Shown: piece after piece, positions 59,701 through 64,000 of the stretch | How positions within the stretch are numbered: position 1 is the stretch's first letter | Layout: every line of letters starts with the position of its first letter | DNA from: Chloroflexota bacterium | Lineage (GTDB): Bacteria > Chloroflexota > UBA11872 > VXOZ01 | Reading direction: 5' to 3' | Length of the DNA stretch: 64,000 nt | Assembly (NCBI GenBank): GCA_963662335.2 | Contig: CAXXVD010000004.1 | Coordinates: forward strand, 128,001 to 192,000 | The notes under the pieces: generated by a model | What the model was told of the DNA's origin: nothing | The model's database searches: none | The model's input: only the letters and a program-made list of their open reading frames with translations | Program-made: the position numbers and the translations under genes

Positions 59701-59950
59701 GCCGGTGGCGCGGCAGCATCCGCGCGGCCGGGACGGCACGGTGTTTGTGACCATCGAGGACGAGGTGGGCAGTGTCCAACTCATTCTCTGGCCGCGGGTC
59801 TTTGCCCGCCATCGGAGAGCGCTAGGAAGCCAGGTGATTTTGGCAACCGGCAAGGTGTCGCGCTGGGACGGCACCACAAACGTCATCGTCTCAGCGGTGC
59901 AGGCGCTAGACGCCTCGGTGCCTATGCCCGCCTCCCACGACTGGCATTAG
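56786..59950 (+). CDS. dnaE2: Error-prone DNA polymerase III alpha DnaE2
   Basis: YVELHAKSFYSF, GRGSS, PDIDLDF, FPESHS, NNQPMGFY, C-terminal SHDWH. Confidence 0.95.
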   Translation: MSSTTPQSAGYVELHAKSFYSFGIGASHTHELLAQAKAFGYGALALSDTNLCGALEFARLANSLEIRPITGGEFALLDGSRIVLLARTREGYANLARLFTLANAVDRREPRLDPAHLPTHATGLILLTGGRDGPLARLGEAGCHETALTRLNEYATWYSQDAVYVELQQNFLRGDTKRNCELARLASDAGVPVVATNDVHYHAAERYRLQHALEAAKRNITIDQALPHLKPNHHLHLKPFEQMEHIFKDVPEAVANTVKIAQQCDFDLSTDLGYTLPDPAVPEGFTPSQHLRSLCEAAAVRRYGALTALVQARLDEEFDLIEKHNLAGFLLLYREIVSVAQQIMVERGLVDPETPLEERPPGRGRGSSVALLVGYLIGISHVDPLKWNLTLERFISADMTMLPDIDLDFPREIRDALLERVHRHFGSEYAVLASAIATYSVKGIIQDLGKALGLLKEDLSLLSKQLHSHHADNLKEEMLALPAFRDKVTAAGWRDLIQLGPALMDAPKGIGQHVGGMILSDRPISALVPIRAGAMEGRYIMDWNKDSVADANFAKIDLLSLPVLDQIEEALDLIEAREGKRPDLSRIDPEDPQVYDMINAGRSIGIFLLQSPAQLKMGQRLRSRTLLDLAYQVALIRPGVGVQGSAVSQFVERYRHGVSWDYDHPLEQRALERGYGIIVWQEQVVQLIMDVAGMTAAQADEVRRAFTKPNNAHLIAMHWQQFLEGAQRRGVPEPIAEKIFGKINGHYMFPESHSHAFAITAYQAAWLKRYYPLEFFIGLMNNQPMGFYPLETLKQDAQSFGVSFLNPCVNHSQVRCTPAEDAVLLGLQFVNNVGAEMAQRIVAERESGGPYTGASDFVRRTGVKSQTVQSLVQAGAFDAISPNRREALWDSGLAIRPGRHGQHAFAVATAESVPRLADFNDFERMVGEYAVMGIHPKGHLMEHFRPSLGPNVLPTVAIEDVAEGERIQVAGWPVARQHPRGRDGTVFVTIEDEVGSVQLILWPRVFARHRRALGSQVILATGKVSRWDGTTNVIVSAVQALDASVPMPASHDWH

Positions 59951-60038
59951 GCATAGATCACCCCCCCAACACGCTACGCAAATGTGGGATAATGCGACTG
60001 CATACAGCCGCTCAATGCCATACAAAACGGAGGGGAGC

Positions 60039-60713
60039 ATGTGTGGCAGATATAGCCTAAAAGCGGACATCGCGCAACTCGCCTTGCGATTTGAATTCGC
60101 CGCCGACGAAGTTACATACGAACCGGCCTACAACATCGCGCCCACACAACAGGTGCTCACAGTCACAAACGACGGTGAGCGCAGGGCCGAGCACATGCGC
60201 TGGGGACTCATCCCATCTTGGGCCAAGGACTTGAAAATCGGCTACCGCATGATTAACGCGCGAGGCGAGACCGTAGCGGAGAAGCCCAGCTTTCGCACCG
60301 CGCTGCGCAAACGCCGCTGCTTGATTCTTGCCGACGGTTTCTACGAATGGCAGAAGCTAGGCGGCAAACAGAAGCGACCAATGCGAATTACGCTCAAGTC
60401 GGACGAACCCTTCGCCTTTGCCGGCCTATGGGAGACCTGGAGCGACCCAGAGGGCGGTACAATAAAGTCTTGCGCTATCATCACCACGTCGGCGAATGAG
60501 ACCCTCAGACCCATTCACAATCGAATGCCCGTGATATTGCCCCCGGACATGGAGTCGTTCTGGCTGAATGAGAAGATTGATGACCCCATAGCGTTAAGCA
60601 GCGCACTGGCCCCATACCCCGATGATGACATAGAGGCATTCGAAGTCTCCCGACTGGTGAATAATGTCAGAAACAGAGGGCCTGAAGTGATGTCTCCTGT
60701 CTCAGTAGAGTAA
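60039..60713 (+). CDS. SOS response-associated peptidase (SRAP/YedK)
   Basis: N-terminal MCGRY, NIAPTQ, INARGET, GFYEW, HNRMPV. Confidence 0.95.
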   Translation: MCGRYSLKADIAQLALRFEFAADEVTYEPAYNIAPTQQVLTVTNDGERRAEHMRWGLIPSWAKDLKIGYRMINARGETVAEKPSFRTALRKRRCLILADGFYEWQKLGGKQKRPMRITLKSDEPFAFAGLWETWSDPEGGTIKSCAIITTSANETLRPIHNRMPVILPPDMESFWLNEKIDDPIALSSALAPYPDDDIEAFEVSRLVNNVRNRGPEVMSPVSVE

Positions 60714-60758
60714 GCATCTGTGCCATTGGTGTTTGCCCGAGTGTTCGAAAAACCCACC

Positions 60759-62480
60759 CTAACGGCTATAACCGGAGTCCGGCCGCTCCTGCTGGGCCGT
60801 CTGCGTCAGGAACTCCAGCACGAAGCTGAAGTCCTGGTAGGCCGTCAATTCGCCCAACTGGCGTTCCAGGGACCAGAGTTCCTCCAGTAGGATCTGCAGG
60901 TCGCGGTCTACCGGCGATTCGGCGTAGTCCAGATTGCTGTAGCGGTCGGCGGCCAGCGCGACGATTGCGCCAAAGCGCAGGTAGGCTTCGTCCAGCCCGC
61001 TTTCCATGGCCGCGCTCGTGCTCAGCAGCGTTGCGTGTTGACGGTTGGAGTCGCCGGTGGCGGGCGTGACCCAGCGGATTTCCACCTCGCCCAGGCGGGC
61101 GGTGTCGCGCCTACCCGCGTCGGTGAGTTGCAGTTCGAAGAAGACCGTGGTGGCGGCCCCCGCCGGTATCTCCGCAAACTCCTTCCGCGCCTCGGTGAAC
61201 GACTCATCGGAGGTAACGCGGTTCTCGTAGCCCACGATGCGCCACACTGAGACCATCGCCGGGTCCCACGTCACCTGGGCGCGGGTCTGGTCAGCAAAGG
61301 GTATCGAGAGCGCCAGCCAGTTTTCGCGGCTGAACGTTGCCCGCGCTTGCTCCACCGTGCTCAGGTAGCGGTACCAGCCGTTGCCGTGCTGCGCCAATTG
61401 CTCCAGCAGGTAGTCGTTGTAGTTCTCGATGCCCACGCCGATGGTGATGAGGCGCAGCGGATTGGTGTCGTCCCGGTCGTCCGCCGTCTCCAGAATCGAG
61501 AACGGGTCGGTGGCGTCCACGTTGGCCACGCCGTCCGACATGAGGATGATGTAGTTGTACGCGTCCGGCCGCTCCCAGCGGATGCGGTCGGCAAGCTGTA
61601 CGGCCAGGTCCAGACCGGCCTGCACGTTGGTGGAGCCGTGCGGCGAAAGCAGGTCGATGGAGCGCCGCACCGCCCGGTCGTCCGGCTCGCGGTGTGTGAC
61701 CGTGTAACTCTCGATGACGTGGGTGGTGAAGTGCACCACGCCTATGCGGTCCTGGGGACGCAGGCTGCGCCGGATGGCCTCGGCCGCCTCCCGCGCGATG
61801 GCCACCCGATTGCCCTCGCGCATCGAACCCGAGGCGTCCAGCACCAGGGTCACGTTGAGCGGCGTGTCGTCGTAGGCCAAATCGGCGGCCTGGAAAGCAA
61901 TGCGCGCCAGGTGCAGGCCGCTATCCAGCGGATGCCGGAAGATGTCCGTGGCGATGGCAAAGCTATCGTCCCGCAGCGGCAGCGCGTAGTCGTAGTTGAA
62001 GGCGTTGATCCACTCTTCCGCGCGCACGGAATCCGGTTCCACCCGGTAGTTGGAGCGCGCCCAGTTCAGCGCCAGATGGAAGGACGTGCGGTCGGTATCC
62101 AGGCTGAAGGTCGCCACCGCGTCGCGCGCCGTGTTGACGAACGTGGCGCGGGGATAGTCCTGGAACGTGGTGGCGCCCGCGGTCTGCGGCGGCGCTACCG
62201 CCGGTTGGCGGGAGGTCTGGGACGACTGCGCGCGGGATGCCGGCGCGGCTTCAGACTTGGCCGCGGGCGCGGGCGCGCGTTCGGCGGCGGGCGCTTCTTT
62301 GGCCTCAGCTTGCGGCGCTTGCTGCGACTCCGCCCTGGGGGCCGCCTCCTGTTTGGCTTCAGACCTCTGCGCCGGGGCGCGGCTCTGTTCCGCCGCCGGC
62401 GCCGGCGCCGCTGCCCCGCAAGCCGCAAGCAGTAGCGCCCCCACCAGCATCAGCAATATCGTCGCAAAGCGTCTCTTCAT
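60759..62480 (-). CDS. VWA domain lipoprotein (YfbK-like)
   Basis: Lipobox LAAC, TFSLDTDRTS, VRAEEWINAF, LDASGSM MIDAS, SDGVAN, GYENR. Confidence 0.9.
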   Translation of the reverse strand: MKRRFATILLMLVGALLLAACGAAAPAPAAEQSRAPAQRSEAKQEAAPRAESQQAPQAEAKEAPAAERAPAPAAKSEAAPASRAQSSQTSRQPAVAPPQTAGATTFQDYPRATFVNTARDAVATFSLDTDRTSFHLALNWARSNYRVEPDSVRAEEWINAFNYDYALPLRDDSFAIATDIFRHPLDSGLHLARIAFQAADLAYDDTPLNVTLVLDASGSMREGNRVAIAREAAEAIRRSLRPQDRIGVVHFTTHVIESYTVTHREPDDRAVRRSIDLLSPHGSTNVQAGLDLAVQLADRIRWERPDAYNYIILMSDGVANVDATDPFSILETADDRDDTNPLRLITIGVGIENYNDYLLEQLAQHGNGWYRYLSTVEQARATFSRENWLALSIPFADQTRAQVTWDPAMVSVWRIVGYENRVTSDESFTEARKEFAEIPAGAATTVFFELQLTDAGRRDTARLGEVEIRWVTPATGDSNRQHATLLSTSAAMESGLDEAYLRFGAIVALAADRYSNLDYAESPVDRDLQILLEELWSLERQLGELTAYQDFSFVLEFLTQTAQQERPDSGYSR

Positions 62481-62672
62481 CACCGTTCCTCCTCGTTACG
62501 CGCTTTCCACGGCGGCAGGCCGCCGATCCGCTTATCGCAAGCCTCCCAAACCGCCGGCGGATACCCCCTATCCGCAGCCGGCGTGCGCGACTGTAGTACA
62601 CCGGCATTGCCGCCGCCAGATTGGATGTTGTTAAGACAATGGTAAATGATTGACGGGGATTTATCTAGCGGT

Positions 62673-63758
62673 TTAAGGAGCGTTGCGGTGGCTAGCCTCC
62701 GTTGCTCGTGATGCGTCGAAAGTTGCGCGGTCGCCGCCCAGCCAGCGGTAGGGACGCGGGTAGAGCGTGAGCGAGCGGTCTGCCAGCGGCAGCGAGAGGG
62801 GCACGGAGCCCCACAGGGCCGAGTATTTCGCGGCAATCGCGGCCTCCAGGCACTGGCGCAGGTCGTGGGCCGAAATGGCCATCTCGGTCCCGTTCTGCAC
62901 GGCTGAAATGAACGACAGAATAGAACTTGCCAGGTAGCCGTACTGCGGCCAGGCGAACGGGGTGAATGTCCGGTCGGACTTCACACGCGCGCCACTCTTA
63001 TCGAAGCCCTGGTAGATGTCCATCACCTCGCTCCAGTCCCAGCGCAGGAGCGCGTCCGCCGTCCAGACGTCCACGCCGCGAGCGGGAGTTGGCTCCCCAA
63101 ATACCGGAACCGTTATGCCGGTGCTCAGGGTGAAGCGGCCGTTGATGATCAGCCCGGTGTCCTCATCGGATTCCAGCGCCTCTCGCGACTTGCCCCACGC
63201 TACGACCTCAGTGATCTCGGCCTGCGTGAGCAGCCTGAGCACGGCGATGTGCTGGCAGCCGCCGCCGGAAATCTCGCCGCCCCAGGCGTGCACCGCCGCG
63301 CCCCACACCGCGCCAAAGTCGCCGCGCCGCAGCCAGCCCGCGGCCTCCTGCACGTCCGCGCGCGCGCACTGCAAGTTGCCGCCGTGGAAGACGACGCCCC
63401 GCTCCGCGCACACGTCGATCATCGCGTCCGCGTCGCTGAGCCGCGCGCCGATGGGCTTCTCGGTGGAAACGCCGCGCACACCGGCCTCCGCCGAGGCAAT
63501 CACCGCGTCCTTGATGAACGCGCCGGGCAGCACGGTAACGGCAAGATCAGGAACCTCCCCCATCCGCTGGTACAGCGCCTCGGCGTCCTTGTACAACCTC
63601 TTGACGCCGAACCGCTCGCCAACGGCCTTACGCCGGTCGTCGTTGTACTCGGCAATGGCGACGATCTCAGTATCGTCGAGCAAACTATAGAACTTCGCGT
63701 ACTCCTGGCCCATCCGGCCGCAGCCAATGAGCGCCACCCTAAGTTTTGCTTCGGCCAT
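62673..63758 (-). CDS. Gfo/Idh/MocA family oxidoreductase
   Basis: VALIGCGRMG, EKPIG; paralog of 37711-38814. Confidence 0.88.
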   Translation of the reverse strand: MAEAKLRVALIGCGRMGQEYAKFYSLLDDTEIVAIAEYNDDRRKAVGERFGVKRLYKDAEALYQRMGEVPDLAVTVLPGAFIKDAVIASAEAGVRGVSTEKPIGARLSDADAMIDVCAERGVVFHGGNLQCARADVQEAAGWLRRGDFGAVWGAAVHAWGGEISGGGCQHIAVLRLLTQAEITEVVAWGKSREALESDEDTGLIINGRFTLSTGITVPVFGEPTPARGVDVWTADALLRWDWSEVMDIYQGFDKSGARVKSDRTFTPFAWPQYGYLASSILSFISAVQNGTEMAISAHDLRQCLEAAIAAKYSALWGSVPLSLPLADRSLTLYPRPYRWLGGDRATFDASRATEASHRNAP

Positions 63759-64000
63759 TTCGCCTCTCTTTCGCGTGCGACGGTCTCCGCTAGGCAAAGA
63801 GCGGCCCGCATTTGCGCTCCGCCGGCTTGCGCCAGTCCTAGCTATGCGGCAGCGGGAAATTGACGTGCGGCTGCCCACGCCGCCCTTGGCTCCTAGTGTC
63901 CATGCATTGCGCCCATGTGTCGAATCTCGTTGCGGCCGCCACTCAGATCGCCTTCAACCACGGGCGCGGGGGCCGGTAAACGCGCCTGCGGCGCGCAATG

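Overview
GC-rich bacterial chromosome segment, probably Chloroflexota (inferred from protein style, Ala/Pro-rich lipoproteins and an unlinked 23S-5S unit; not proven). The left third is housekeeping: ftsQ'-ftsA-ftsZ, metG-tatD-polyprenyl synthase-M81 peptidase-menG, two FemAB peptidyltransferases, a GH4 glycosidase, a sugar ABC ATPase, htpX, yggS-yggT-yggU-hisS and tRNA-Ile/tRNA-Ala. An accessory tract follows. It holds a four-Cache-domain lipoprotein and a MetE-like enzyme whose Zn-ligand Cys codon is an in-frame TGA followed by a SECIS-like hairpin (probable selenoprotein). Next comes a full-length tRNA-Ala-derived gene with a GUA (Tyr) anticodon that keeps G3:U70, then an alpha-dioxygenase-like heme peroxidase plus a DUF2235 hydrolase. 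Further on are histidine decarboxylase + ACT protein, a Xer-like recombinase among REP clusters, and three antitoxins whose toxins appear decayed or missing. A self-promoted 23S-5S unit without 16S carries a group I intron with a LAGLIDADG endonuclease, and is followed by an imuB-dnaE2-SRAP cassette. No CRISPR array was seen. All calls come from reading motifs by eye; no database searches were run.
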